In this document: piece by piece, positions 42,296-53,316 of the stretch
Numbering within the stretch: position 1 is the first letter of the stretch
Layout: every line of letters begins with the position of its first letter
Assembly: GCA_963769935.1 (NCBI GenBank)
Contig: CAVYNY010000013.1
Coordinates: 480,001-544,000, forward strand
From: an uncultured delta proteobacterium
Lineage (GTDB): Bacteria > Desulfobacterota > Desulfobacteria > Desulfobacterales > JAFDCJ01
Length of the DNA: 64,000 bases
Reading direction: 5' to 3'
Notes under the pieces: generated by a model
Told to the model about the DNA's origin: nothing
Seen by the model: only the letters and a program-made list of their open reading frames with translations
Database searches by the model: none
Position numbers and translations under genes: made by a program

Positions 42296-42323
42296 TAAAG
42301 TAAACAATCCTGACCCCAAAGAC

Positions 42324-42731
42324 ATGGACCAGAGACCCTTCGTCGGTATTGCCGTTATCGTCATAAAGGATAACCGGGTTCTGCTGGGCAAGCGTAAAAA
42401 CGCGCACGGCGCCGGCAGCTGGGCTTTTCCCGGCGGCCATCTCGAGTTCAATGAATCCATCGAAGGCTGTGCCGTCAGAGAGGTATTCGAAGAAACCGGC
42501 ATCCGCATTAAAAACTTAAGATATGGTCCATACACCAACGACTTCTTCGAAGCCGAAGGCAGGCACTATGTCACTTTGTTTGTAATCGCCGATCATGATT
42601 CAGGCCAACCGACCGTTAGAGAGCCCCATAAATGTGAAAAATGGACATGGTCGGAATGGCCGCCGAGCCTGCAACCCCAATTTCTGCCAATAAAGAACCT
42701 GCTCAAGCAAAATTTCAGGCTCCCCGAATGA
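42324..42731 (+). CDS. NUDIX hydrolase (MutT/NUDT15-like)
   Basis: PGGHLEFNE....A.REVFEETG, HYVT, EP.KC. Confidence 0.92.
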   Translation: MDQRPFVGIAVIVIKDNRVLLGKRKNAHGAGSWAFPGGHLEFNESIEGCAVREVFEETGIRIKNLRYGPYTNDFFEAEGRHYVTLFVIADHDSGQPTVREPHKCEKWTWSEWPPSLQPQFLPIKNLLKQNFRLPE

Positions 42732-42921
42732 AAACCTTATCATCACAATTTGATGGCAAAGCTGTGTATCGGCAGCCAATGACAGAAAAAATAGGCATGA
42801 GCTGCAACCTTTGAACCCTGAACCTTGTGTGTGGGATCGTAGCCCGGAGGGCGGCTTGTCCCGTCGTAGCTCGAAGAGCGAAGCCGGAAGTCCCAAACCC
42901 TGAACCGATCAATATACTCGC

Positions 42922-43863
42922 ATGAGAGGCTGCGCCGTTAAAAAGACCTTAAAATACATCCTCGGATTTCTGTGTGCCCTGCTGCTGCTCTTTGAGGTGG
43001 TGCGTCTGCTGGCCGTTCCGGTCCCCGACTATCCGTACTTCAACCCGGATAAGTTCCTGGTGATCGCCCACCGCGGCGGCCGCAGCTTAGGGCCCGAAAA
43101 TACGCTTTATACCTTCCAGCGGGCAGTGGATCTGGGAGTTGATGTGCTGGAAATGGATGTGCACCGCACCAAAGACGGCCAACTGGTGGTGCTGCATGAT
43201 GCAACCCTGGACCGGACCACCAACGGCACCGGACCGGTGGATCGTTATACGCTGGCGGAGCTGAAAAAATTGGATGCCGCCTATCACTGGTCACCCAACG
43301 GAAAATCATTTCCGCTGCGCGGCCAGGGTCTCTCAATTCCGGCCTTGTCTGAAGTGTTTGAAGCGTTTCCTCAGATGCGCCTGAACGTCGAAATTAAAGA
43401 CGCCGGTCAAACAGAGTTGAGCTCTTTTTGCCGGTTAATCCATGATTCCGGCATGTCGCCAAAGGTCATGGTCGCGTCATTTGAGTCCGGTGCCCTGCGA
43501 AAGTTCCGTTCGGTCTGCCACGGCATCGCGACTTCCGCCGGCGCCTCGGAAGTCATGTGGTTTTATGCGCTGCAGAAGATGCACCTGGAATCGATTTATT
43601 CACCTGCCGCCCAGGCATTGCAGGTACCCCTGACCTATGGTGATCTCAAGGTGGTGACGAAAAGATTTGTGGAAGCCGCCCACGCCTGCAATCTAAAAGT
43701 ACATGTGTGGACAATCAACGACGTGGATGAGATGCAAAAACTGCTGCAGCTTGGCGTGGACGGCATCATGACCGATTATCCCCGGCGCCTGTTGGAAATG
43801 ACAAAAAAATATAAAAAAAGATCGACAGCCCATAAAGAGGAAGAAGCTGGAAAAGATGATTGA
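42922..43863 (+). CDS. Glycerophosphodiester phosphodiesterase
   Basis: IAHRG, PENT, EMDV, HD, WTIN, GIMTD. Confidence 0.92.
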   Translation: MRGCAVKKTLKYILGFLCALLLLFEVVRLLAVPVPDYPYFNPDKFLVIAHRGGRSLGPENTLYTFQRAVDLGVDVLEMDVHRTKDGQLVVLHDATLDRTTNGTGPVDRYTLAELKKLDAAYHWSPNGKSFPLRGQGLSIPALSEVFEAFPQMRLNVEIKDAGQTELSSFCRLIHDSGMSPKVMVASFESGALRKFRSVCHGIATSAGASEVMWFYALQKMHLESIYSPAAQALQVPLTYGDLKVVTKRFVEAAHACNLKVHVWTINDVDEMQKLLQLGVDGIMTDYPRRLLEMTKKYKKRSTAHKEEEAGKDD

Positions 43864-44065
43864 AATTATTGGATAATTTCAGAATTTCCGGGGTCATGTT
43901 GAGCGACCGGATTTAATGCTTATACTAAGTTTGATTGTTTTGGCCGGTGCTGAAATCAACCTTTTTAATTGGTTAAGGCCACATAACATTATAACAGAAA
44001 TTAAAGTTTAATTGCCAACCAGTCTTAGTCTTCTAAGATTGCAGATATAATCGGAGGAAATTAAA

Positions 44066-44671
44066 ATGTCTCATAAGTTACCCGAGCTTTCCTACGCATA
44101 TACTGCGTTGGAACCATATATTGATGCTAAAACCATGGAGATTCACCACAGCAAACATCACAAAGCCTATATTGACAAACTGAATGCCGCTTTAGAAGGG
44201 CACGCCGACCTTCAGAGCAAGAACGTTGAAGATCTATTGCGCAATCTCAATGCCGTCCCGGAAAGCATTCGGACCGCGGTCAGAAATCACGGCGGCGGCC
44301 ATTTCAACCATTCCTTTTTCTGGCCCATGCTCAGAAAGGAAAGCAAATTTAGCGGTAATATAGCCGATGCCATCAATTCACGGTTCGGCGGCTTTGACAA
44401 GTTTAAGGATCAGTTTTCAAATGCCGCCGCTACGCTTTTCGGCAGCGGCTGGGCCTGGCTTGTCTGGAGCAACAAAGAATTGCAGATCATGGCCACACCG
44501 AATCAGGACAATCCGATCAGTCAGGGCAAAACGCCGATCCTCGGCATCGATGTCTGGGAACATGCTTACTATCTGAAGTACCAGAATCGCAGAGCCGAAT
44601 ATGTCAGTGCGTTTTTCAACGTCATCAACTGGGATAAGGTCAATGAGTACTTTAAAGCAGCTAAAGGATAA
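44066..44671 (+). CDS. sodA: Superoxide dismutase, probably Mn type
   Basis: [26 protein letters not shown]. Confidence 0.93.
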   Translation: MSHKLPELSYAYTALEPYIDAKTMEIHHSKHHKAYIDKLNAALEGHADLQSKNVEDLLRNLNAVPESIRTAVRNHGGGHFNHSFFWPMLRKESKFSGNIADAINSRFGGFDKFKDQFSNAAATLFGSGWAWLVWSNKELQIMATPNQDNPISQGKTPILGIDVWEHAYYLKYQNRRAEYVSAFFNVINWDKVNEYFKAAKG

Positions 44672-44700
44672 TTCTGAAACCGCTTTTTGTTGATTCAATC

Positions 44701-44732
44701 AAAAGGGCAGGTTCCAATGAATCTGCCCTTTT
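44701..44732 (+). terminator. Intrinsic terminator after sodA
   Basis: AAAAGGGCAGGTTC-CAAT-GAATCTGCCCTTTT. Confidence 0.8.
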
Positions 44733-44883
44733 CAGCTATTATCATTCCGACAACTTCACAAATCGGCAGGCAGACCCCCTGTATGCCGAGGGCGTCGCTG
44801 ACGGGGAATCCCGGAGCGAGTGGTTTTTGTGTCGGACAGCCTCCGACAAGCCGCAACCGTTTTCATATTAAAGGAGACAAGTT

Positions 44884-46311
44884 ATGCAAACCAAACTTCA
44901 CATTGGCGGAGATTTCATGACCGGTGATGGACAGGATCTGGCCATCCTCGATCCGGCCACGGGCGAAACCATCGTGAGCGTCTCAGAGGCATCGCCGGAA
45001 CAAATCAACCATGCCGTCGAGGCTGCATCGGCCGCGTTTTCAACATGGTCCGGCTCCACACCCCGCGATCGGGCCGGCATGCTGCTCAAACTGGCTGAAC
45101 GCATCGAAGAAAATGCCGAGGAATTTGCCCGTCTCGAGTCGCGCAACTGCGGCAAGCCCTATAAGCTTGCACTCGACGACGAAATCCCCGCCGTGGCGGA
45201 CTGCTTTCGTTTTTTCGCCGGAGCATCCCGGTGCTTGAACGGCAGCGCGGCCAAGGAATACTTACCCGGCTTCACCAGCATGATCAGACGCGACCCGGTC
45301 GGTGTCGTGGCGTCGATTACGCCCTGGAACTACCCGCTGATGATGGCGGCCTGGAAACTGGCGCCGGCGCTGGCGGCCGGCAACACGGTGGTTATCAAGC
45401 CCTCCGAACTTACGCCGCTGACAACGCTCAAGCTGGCCGAGTCGATTGCCGAGATCTTCCCCCAGGGCGTTGTTAATATTGTCGCCGGCCGCGGAGAAAC
45501 CGTCGGCGCTCCCTTGATCGAACACGAAAGTGTGCGCATGGTGTCGCTAACCGGTTCCATTGCCACCGGCCGGAAGGTGATGCAGGCGGCCGCTGCAACC
45601 ATAAAGCGGACCCACCTCGAACTGGGCGGCAAGGCGCCGGTGATCATTTTTGAAGACACCGATCTCGAGGCCGTGGTTGACGGGATCCGGTCCTTTGGTT
45701 ATTACAATGCGGGACAGGACTGCACCGCGGCTTGCCGCCTCTACGTGCAGGATGAAATTTATGACCGCTTGGTCGCCGACCTGGGAGCAGCGGTCGCATC
45801 GATCAAGTATGGCAAACAGGATGAAAAGGGAGTCCAAATGGGTCCGCTGATCAGCGAGGCGCAGCGCCGGCGGGTGGCCGGCTTCGTTGAAAGAGCTTTA
45901 GCGCAGAAACACACCGAACTGATTACGGGCGGCACCGTCGTGCAGGGCGCAGGTTTCTTCTATGAACCGACGATCGTCGCCAATGCCGGACAGACGGATG
46001 AAATTGTGCGCCGCGAGGTATTCGGGCCGGTAGTTTCGGTGACCCGCTTCAGTGACGCCGAAGATGCCATCGCCTGGGCCAACGATTCCGACTACGGACT
46101 GGCATCATCGGTATGGACCCGAGACATCGGCCGCGCCATGAAAGTGGCGAGTCGGCTCCAGTATGGCTGCACCTGGATCAATACCCACTTTATGCTGGCC
46201 AACGAAATGCCTCACGGCGGCATGAAGATTTCCGGCTACGGCAAGGACATGTCCATGTACGGCCTGGAGGATTACACCACCGTCCGACATGTAATGGTCA
46301 AGCTGGATTGA
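44884..46311 (+). CDS. patD: Gamma-aminobutyraldehyde dehydrogenase
   Basis: [36 protein letters not shown]. Confidence 0.85.
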   Translation: MQTKLHIGGDFMTGDGQDLAILDPATGETIVSVSEASPEQINHAVEAASAAFSTWSGSTPRDRAGMLLKLAERIEENAEEFARLESRNCGKPYKLALDDEIPAVADCFRFFAGASRCLNGSAAKEYLPGFTSMIRRDPVGVVASITPWNYPLMMAAWKLAPALAAGNTVVIKPSELTPLTTLKLAESIAEIFPQGVVNIVAGRGETVGAPLIEHESVRMVSLTGSIATGRKVMQAAAATIKRTHLELGGKAPVIIFEDTDLEAVVDGIRSFGYYNAGQDCTAACRLYVQDEIYDRLVADLGAAVASIKYGKQDEKGVQMGPLISEAQRRRVAGFVERALAQKHTELITGGTVVQGAGFFYEPTIVANAGQTDEIVRREVFGPVVSVTRFSDAEDAIAWANDSDYGLASSVWTRDIGRAMKVASRLQYGCTWINTHFMLANEMPHGGMKISGYGKDMSMYGLEDYTTVRHVMVKLD

Positions 46312-46620
46312 CCGCATTGGGCGCCGCGGCACGGTCATAAAAGTTTCTGTAATCCAGGCCGGAGAGCCTGGGGTAGAATTCATCCCAGAGAACCAGGTTT
46401 CTAAGCTTGTACAAATATCCCGTTGAAATTATCTGATTTCCGAGGTATATTATCCCCAAAAGCTTCTTAATATGTATATAATAAGATGTATAGAGCGCTT
46501 AAATCAAAATCGGGAACGGATCAAATCTGACCCCGATTTTTTTTAACTGTCTGCCGGGCAGCAAAATCTTTTTGCCGTACTTTTGGCGCTGCCAGGAGGT
46601 TTACCATTAAAGATTACAGC

Positions 46621-48531
46621 TTGTTTGAAAATATTCCCAGGAGCAGCTATGACGCGTCGTCGTTGGAAGTATTAAAGGGACTGGATCCGGTCAGGCGCCG
46701 TCCCGGCATGTATACCGATACCTCGCGTCCGAATCATCTGGCCCAGGAAGTCATCGACAACGCCGTCGACGAGGCCATCGCCGGATTCGCCAAACGGATC
46801 GACGTCGTTTACCATGCGGACGGCTCCCTCGAAGTAAGTGATGACGGCCGCGGGATGCCGGTCGATCAGCATCCCGAGGAAAAAATGACCGGCGTCGAGG
46901 TCATCATGACCAAGCTGCATGCCGGCGCCAAATTCAGCACTAAGAATTACCGCTTTTCAGGCGGCCTGCACGGCGTCGGGGTTTCGGTCGTAAATGCGCT
47001 GTCGGCCAGACTCGAGGTGGAAATCAAACGGGCCGGCAACCGGTATGCAATTTCCTTTGCCAACGGCAAAAAAACTTCCAATCTTGAAAAAATCGGAACG
47101 GTGGGCATGCGCAATACCGGCTCGACGGTTCGATTCTGGCCGAATGAACAGTATTTCGATACGGTTGTCTTTTCCGTGCGCAGGTTAAAGCACGTCTTGC
47201 GCGCCAAAGCCGTCCTGTGTCCGCGCCTGACGGTTACCTTCACCGACAAGCACACCGGCGAAACCGATTCCTGGTATTTTGAAGATGGTCTGAAGGACTA
47301 TCTGCTTGAAAATCTGCAGGAATTCGATCGAATTCCTGAGGAGCCTTTCATTGGTGAAAAAGAAGGTAAAGAAGAAATGGTGACCTGGGCGATTATCTGG
47401 TTGCCGGAGCAGGGACAGGTCATCGCCGAAAGTTACGTCAACCTCATTCCGACCTCGCAGGGCGGCACCCATGTATCCGGCTTTCGCAGCGGCCTGCTGG
47501 CGGCCGTGAAAGAATTTTGCGAGTTTCGCAATCTTATCCCGCGGGGCATCAAACTGGCACCCGACGATGTCTGGGACAAGTGCAGTTATGTTCTGTCGGC
47601 CAAGATGAACGACCCCCAGTTTTCCGGGCAAACCAAGGAACGCCTCGGGTCGCGTCAATTCGCAACCTTTGTCTCAAATGTAGTCAGAGATGCCTTTGCC
47701 CTGTGGCTCAACCATCACACCGACGTGGGTGAAAAACTTGCCGAGATGGCCATCGAAAGTGCCCGCCGGCGACTTAATGCTGCTAAAAAGGTCGTGCGCA
47801 AAAAAATCGGCGGCGGCCCCACCCTGCCCGGCAAACTTGCCGACTGCATCTCCCAGGACCCCGTCGAAACCGAGCTTTTTCTGGTGGAGGGCGACTCGGC
47901 GGGCGGGTCCGCCAAGCAGGCCCGCGACAAACAAATCCAGGCGGTGCTGCCGTTAAGGGGCAAAATACTGAATACCTGGGAAGTGGATACCGCCGGCATC
48001 TTAAAATCAACCACTGTTAATGATATCGCGGTGGCCGTCGGTGTTGATCCGGATAGTACCGACCTTTCAGGTCTGCGCTATCGGAAAATCATAATATTGG
48101 CCGATGCCGACTCAGACGGGCTTCACATTGCATCGCTTCTGTGTGCCCTGTTTTTGAAACATTTCAATCCGCTGGTCAAAGCGGGCAATATTTTCGTGGC
48201 CATGCCCCCCCTTTATCGAATTGATCAGGGAAAGGAAGTTTATTATGCCCTGGATGAAACGGAAAAGGAAGATATCTTAAGACGGCTGAACGGTTCGCAA
48301 AAAAAGGGCAAACCCAATGTTCAGCGTTTCAAGGGGCTGGGGGAGATGAATCCGTCTCAGCTGCGTGAAACCACCATGCTTGCCGACACCCGACGATTGA
48401 TCCAGCTGACCCTCGATGGTGAAAAGAAAATTTTGGAAACCATGGATATGCTCCTGGCCAAAAAAAGATCTCAGGACCGCAAACAATGGCTCGAAAAAGA
48501 AGGCGACCTGGCGGATCCTGAGGTGATTTGA
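46621..48531 (+). CDS. parE: DNA topoisomerase IV subunit B
   Basis: RRRPGMYTDTSRPNHL, EGDSAGGSAKQARD, PLRGKILNTWEV, DADSDG; no GyrB insertion. Confidence 0.95.
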   Translation: MFENIPRSSYDASSLEVLKGLDPVRRRPGMYTDTSRPNHLAQEVIDNAVDEAIAGFAKRIDVVYHADGSLEVSDDGRGMPVDQHPEEKMTGVEVIMTKLHAGAKFSTKNYRFSGGLHGVGVSVVNALSARLEVEIKRAGNRYAISFANGKKTSNLEKIGTVGMRNTGSTVRFWPNEQYFDTVVFSVRRLKHVLRAKAVLCPRLTVTFTDKHTGETDSWYFEDGLKDYLLENLQEFDRIPEEPFIGEKEGKEEMVTWAIIWLPEQGQVIAESYVNLIPTSQGGTHVSGFRSGLLAAVKEFCEFRNLIPRGIKLAPDDVWDKCSYVLSAKMNDPQFSGQTKERLGSRQFATFVSNVVRDAFALWLNHHTDVGEKLAEMAIESARRRLNAAKKVVRKKIGGGPTLPGKLADCISQDPVETELFLVEGDSAGGSAKQARDKQIQAVLPLRGKILNTWEVDTAGILKSTTVNDIAVAVGVDPDSTDLSGLRYRKIIILADADSDGLHIASLLCALFLKHFNPLVKAGNIFVAMPPLYRIDQGKEVYYALDETEKEDILRRLNGSQKKGKPNVQRFKGLGEMNPSQLRETTMLADTRRLIQLTLDGEKKILETMDMLLAKKRSQDRKQWLEKEGDLADPEVI

Positions 48532-48536
48532 GGTCA

Positions 48537-48737
48537 ATTGAAAATTGAATATTGAAGATTGAATATTAAAGGCGTTCCGTCTGTTTAATTATTCAGGCTG
48601 CTATTTTCGAAAGAGGCTAACAACGCCCGCTATCTTCTAAAAGAGGCTTAATTGCCTGCCAACCTTATAAAAAAGACTAAAAACGACAGTATTCCACAAA
48701 TCTTCAATTTTCAATCTTCAATCTTCAATCTTCAATT
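48537..48737. repeat. Palindromic ATTGAA/TTCAAT heptamer element, copy 2
   Basis: ATTGAAA ATTGAAT ATTGAAG ATTGAAT ... tandem ATCTTCA units. Confidence 0.75.
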
Positions 48738-48798
48738 ACAACCCTAAACCTATGAACTCAGAACCCTGAACCCACATGATTTGGAGTCAAACAACACC

Positions 48799-51075
48799 AT
48801 GCCCGAAAACGAAGTAGTTTCCTATGACGGCATTGAGCAGCTTTCGCTCGACGCTTTTGTCAAGCCCTCCTATCTGAACTATGCCATGTACGTCATCAAT
48901 GATCGGGCTTTGCCGTTTATCGGCGACGGTCTCAAACCCGTTCAGCGCCGGATCTTATATGCCATGAGCGAACTCGGCCTGCGCGCATCGGCCAAATACA
49001 AAAAATCGGCCCGCACCGTCGGCGACGTGCTGGGTAAATTTCATCCGCACGGCGATACCGCCTGCTACGAAGCCATGGTGCTGATGGCCCAGGATTTTTC
49101 TTACCGCTACCCGATCGTCGACGGTCAGGGCAACTGGGGATCCAACGCCGCACCCAAGGAGTTTGCCGCCATGCGGTACACGGAAGCGCGTCTGTCGGGT
49201 TATGCCGATGTTTTTCTCGGCGAGCTATCCATGGGCACCGTTGACTGGACGCCTAATTTTGACGGCACGCTCAGCGAGCCGCGCATGCTGCCGGCCAGGC
49301 TGCCGAATGTCATCTTAAACGGGGCCACCGGAATTGCGGTGGGCATGGCAACCGACATTCCGCCGCACAACCTTCCTGAAATCGTCACTGCCTGTGTCCA
49401 TCTGATTGATAATCCCAGGGCATCCCTTGAAGATATTTGCCAAATCATCCAGGGTCCCGACTTTCCGACCGGCGCAGAAATCATAACGTCCAGGGAAGAA
49501 ATTATAAACATTTATCGATCCGGCCAGGGCCTGATTCGCATGCGGGCCACCTATGAATACGAAAATGGGGATATCATCATCACCTCCCTGCCCTATCAGG
49601 TGTCCCCGTCCCGGATTATCGAACAGGTGGCCCTGCAGATGCGGGAAAAAAAGCTTTCCATGGTTTCGGATATCCGCGATCTGTCCGACCAGGATGAACC
49701 CACCCGTCTTATGATCATGCCGCGGTCCAACCGGGTGGACAAAGATGCCCTGATCAGCCATTTGTTTGCAACCACCGATCTTGAAAAAAGCCACAAAATA
49801 AACATGACCGTCATCGGGCTGAACCGCAAGCCCCAGACGCTCGGATTGCTGGAAATATTAGAACAATGGCTTAAATTCCGCCGGCAAACGGTGATTCGCC
49901 GGCTGGAATTTCGTCTGAATAAAATCCTCGAACGGCTGCACATCCTCGATGGGCTTCTGGTTGCCTATCTTAACCTCGATGAGGTCATTCAGATTATCCG
50001 CGAAAACGACGAACCCAAGCCGGTCCTGATGCAAAGGTTCAAACTGAGCGACGCCCAGGCGGAAGCGATATTGCAGATAAGGCTGCGCCAGCTGGCCAAA
50101 CTGGAAGAAATCAAAATCAAAACGGAAAAAGGGGAGCTGGAAAAAGAAAAAGACTGGATCGATAAAACACTGGCATCCAATCAGCGCTTGAAGACCCTTA
50201 TGAAAAAAGAGCTCACGGACGATGCTGCCAAGCACAGCAACGAGCGCCGCACCCGGATGGTCGAGCGCGAGGAAGCCCAGGCCATCAAGGAAGTAGAACT
50301 CACCGCAGTCGAGCCCGTGACCGTCGTGCTCTCGGCCGGCGGATGGGTGCGCGCGGCCAGGGGGCACGACGTCGATCCCACCGCTCTCAATTTTAAAGCC
50401 GGAGATGAATTTTTAAGCGTCGCACGCGGCAAAACCACACAATCGGCCGTTTTTCTGGATACAAGGGGCCGGTCCTATTCCCTGCCGGCCCACACCCTGC
50501 CCTCCGCCAGGGGTCAAGGCGAACCGCTGACCGGCCGGCTGACACTTTCGGACGGGGCCAGGTTTCTGGCGGTTGTCATGGGGCCGTCCGACCGCAAGGT
50601 GCTGCTGGCCAGTGATGCGGGATACGGCTTTGTCACCGAAATTTCCAACATGGTGACCAAAAACACCAAGGGTAAAGCCATGCTCAGCGTCTCAAAAGAT
50701 TCCGAGCCACTGACGCCCATTTATGTCAACAATTATGGAAACGACTATCTGGCCGCGATTACCACGGAAGGATACATGCTGGTGATCTCCGTCAATACGC
50801 TGCCGGAGCTTCCCAAGGGCAAGGGCAACAAGATCATCCAAATCCCGCCGGCCCGGCTCAAAAAACGTGAAGAATACGTTAAGTTGATCGAGATCATACC
50901 GGAAGGTGCGTCGATAAAAATCCACGCCGGCAGACAGTCCGTGCGGTTTACTCCGGGCAATATCGCTGCTTTTATCGGCGAGCGCGGCCGCCGCGGCAAA
51001 AAGCTTCCCCGCGGCTTCAGAAAAGCGGATCGAATTGAAATTCTTCCGGTAGAAGAAGAAGGAGAGTCCGAGTAA
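48799..51075 (+). CDS. parC: DNA topoisomerase IV subunit A
   Basis: [38 protein letters not shown]; no GyrA box. Confidence 0.95.
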   Translation: MPENEVVSYDGIEQLSLDAFVKPSYLNYAMYVINDRALPFIGDGLKPVQRRILYAMSELGLRASAKYKKSARTVGDVLGKFHPHGDTACYEAMVLMAQDFSYRYPIVDGQGNWGSNAAPKEFAAMRYTEARLSGYADVFLGELSMGTVDWTPNFDGTLSEPRMLPARLPNVILNGATGIAVGMATDIPPHNLPEIVTACVHLIDNPRASLEDICQIIQGPDFPTGAEIITSREEIINIYRSGQGLIRMRATYEYENGDIIITSLPYQVSPSRIIEQVALQMREKKLSMVSDIRDLSDQDEPTRLMIMPRSNRVDKDALISHLFATTDLEKSHKINMTVIGLNRKPQTLGLLEILEQWLKFRRQTVIRRLEFRLNKILERLHILDGLLVAYLNLDEVIQIIRENDEPKPVLMQRFKLSDAQAEAILQIRLRQLAKLEEIKIKTEKGELEKEKDWIDKTLASNQRLKTLMKKELTDDAAKHSNERRTRMVEREEAQAIKEVELTAVEPVTVVLSAGGWVRAARGHDVDPTALNFKAGDEFLSVARGKTTQSAVFLDTRGRSYSLPAHTLPSARGQGEPLTGRLTLSDGARFLAVVMGPSDRKVLLASDAGYGFVTEISNMVTKNTKGKAMLSVSKDSEPLTPIYVNNYGNDYLAAITTEGYMLVISVNTLPELPKGKGNKIIQIPPARLKKREEYVKLIEIIPEGASIKIHAGRQSVRFTPGNIAAFIGERGRRGKKLPRGFRKADRIEILPVEEEGESE

Positions 51076-51309
51076 GCAATCCCATAGCCGGCAGGTTAAG
51101 GTGAACGGTTTTAATCGTTCAGGATTCATATGTTCAAAGTTTAAAGGGTACGGGGTTCAAGACGCAATTTTCGAGCAGAGCACAGAAGACAGAGATCAGA
51201 GAGGATAGCGCAGGGAAATAAAAGATGACAGAAGATAGATGACCCAAAAAAAGTTCTCACGAGGTGCCGCGCGCCCGTTGCCCAACACTGCGCTGTCCGT
51301 CGCGCGTTC

Positions 51310-53073
51310 CTACCTTGGCAGCCCTGCGGCACGCAGACCCATGGCCAATCTGCTCCGATCTTCCCGCTGGTAATAGAGAAAGGTCTCCTCGACGCTGGCA
51401 GCCGTAATATTCGGGACGAGGTTGGTCAGCTGCGTTATCGCCCTCTTGGCATGGTCAGTCTCGCCTGCCAGGCCGTATGACGCGGCCGCCATGAGGTACA
51501 GAGTGGGATGTCCCGGGCGTAGTTGAATGGCCCGCTCAGCGGCAGAAGCGGCTTCGCTGTACCTGCCGGCCTGAAAGTGGGAAAAGGCGTAATATAGCGC
51601 ATATTCATCGCCAAAGATATCCCGGGGACTCAAACGGACGCCTCGATCGATGCACTCGATGGCCTGGTCAGGCCGTCCGCCGAAAGCATGGGCCGCCCCA
51701 AGCAGGCCATGCGCGTATGCAAAGTTGGGGCTGGCATCGATGGCGCGGCTTAGCGCAGCGACTGCTTCGGAATCACGCCGGTTCGCGACCGCGATGAAGC
51801 CATGCGCCATATAGGCCCATGGTTCCCCCGGATCACATGCGACCGCGCGATCGGCACTTTCAGCGGCTTGCGCAAAGGCTGCAACGCGATTCTCCCAGCC
51901 CTGAAAAGCGCGCCATGCAAGGCAGACGGCACGCAAGCCATGGGCTTGCGCATAGCAGGGATCCAGCTCGATAGCGCGGTCGAGCATGTTTAGAGCGTCT
52001 TTGGTGCCTGCGTCCGAATGCTGGCTGTAGAGGAACATGCCGCGAATAAAGCTCTCCCAGGCATCCAGGCTTTGGGGCGGCTTCCTTTTCAGGCGGTCAT
52101 GCTCTGCAGTATAGACTTCAGGCTGAATGCAGCCGATCACGCTTTCGGTGATTTCGTCTTGGATTGCGAAGACGTCGTCAAGCGCCCGATCGTAGCGTTC
52201 CGCCCAAAGGTGGCTGCCGGTCTCCGCCTCTATGAGCTGCCCGGTGATCCGAATGCGGTTGCCGCCCCTTCGCACGCTGCCTTCGAGGACATAACGCACC
52301 CCTAACTCGCGTCCGACTTGACGCACATCCACGTTGCGGCCCTTGTAGCTGAAGCTCGAGTTGCGCGCGATAACGAACAGCCATCTCAGCCGCGCGAGGC
52401 CGGTGAGGATGTCTTCGACGATCCCATCGGCGAAGTAGTCCTGCTCCGGGTCACCGCTCATGTTGAGGAAAGGAAGGACGGCGATGGACGGCTTGTCCGG
52501 CAGCTGTAAGACGGCATCCGGGGCAGGTGCTGCCTTCGGCTCGGCCGACATCCGGAGGCAATAGACGCGCACCGGCCGCGCGATGTTCTTGAGCTCGCGC
52601 TCGCCCAAATCCTCGAAGACAAGGTCGAGACGGTCGCGCACCTGGTCGTGGATCGCTTGCGAAACGATCACCCCACCCGGTGCAGCGAGCGCTTGGAGAC
52701 GGGCCGCGACGTTGATGCCGTCACCGTATATCCGGGTCTCGTCGTGGATGACGTCCCCGAGGTTGATGCCAATGCGAAACAGCATCCGGCGATTTTCGGG
52801 CGCATCCTGGTTGCGTGCCGCCATGACGGTCTGGATCTCTACCGCGCATTGGATCGCGCCGATCACGCTGCGGAACACAGCGAGAATGCCATCGCCGGCC
52901 GTGTCCATGATGCGGCCGCCGTGGCGGGCCACCAGCGGCAGGATCACGGCCTGGTGGCCTTTGAGATCGCTGACCGTGGCGGCTTCGTCCTGGCCCATGA
53001 GCCGGCTGTAGCCGGCGATGTCGGCGGCAAGAATGGCAGCGAGCCAGCGCTTGATAGCGGGTTCTTCGTCCAT
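51310..53073 (-). CDS. Class III adenylate/guanylate cyclase with TolB-like and TPR domains
   Basis: ADIAGYS, GDG, GDGINVAARL, PSIAVLPF, TPR repeats. Confidence 0.92.
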   Translation of the reverse strand: MDEEPAIKRWLAAILAADIAGYSRLMGQDEAATVSDLKGHQAVILPLVARHGGRIMDTAGDGILAVFRSVIGAIQCAVEIQTVMAARNQDAPENRRMLFRIGINLGDVIHDETRIYGDGINVAARLQALAAPGGVIVSQAIHDQVRDRLDLVFEDLGERELKNIARPVRVYCLRMSAEPKAAPAPDAVLQLPDKPSIAVLPFLNMSGDPEQDYFADGIVEDILTGLARLRWLFVIARNSSFSYKGRNVDVRQVGRELGVRYVLEGSVRRGGNRIRITGQLIEAETGSHLWAERYDRALDDVFAIQDEITESVIGCIQPEVYTAEHDRLKRKPPQSLDAWESFIRGMFLYSQHSDAGTKDALNMLDRAIELDPCYAQAHGLRAVCLAWRAFQGWENRVAAFAQAAESADRAVACDPGEPWAYMAHGFIAVANRRDSEAVAALSRAIDASPNFAYAHGLLGAAHAFGGRPDQAIECIDRGVRLSPRDIFGDEYALYYAFSHFQAGRYSEAASAAERAIQLRPGHPTLYLMAAASYGLAGETDHAKRAITQLTNLVPNITAASVEETFLYYQREDRSRLAMGLRAAGLPR

Positions 53074-53316
53074 CAGGTTATATCACCTGGCATCGGAGGT
53101 GCAACGCCAATGCCGGCGGTATTTTCGCGCAACCCATCGTCTTCACCTATCAGAAGGACAGAGCACAGAAAAAGGGCATCGTTATTTGGTATTGCTTTCA
53201 GAAGTCCGAAGAGGCGACATGCAGGGGACTTTCGTACCCACCTTTTTCCTTTAACCTTTTACCTTATTTTATCCAGCACCCAGACCAACTCAATCTAATC
53301 AACAAACCCAACAAAC

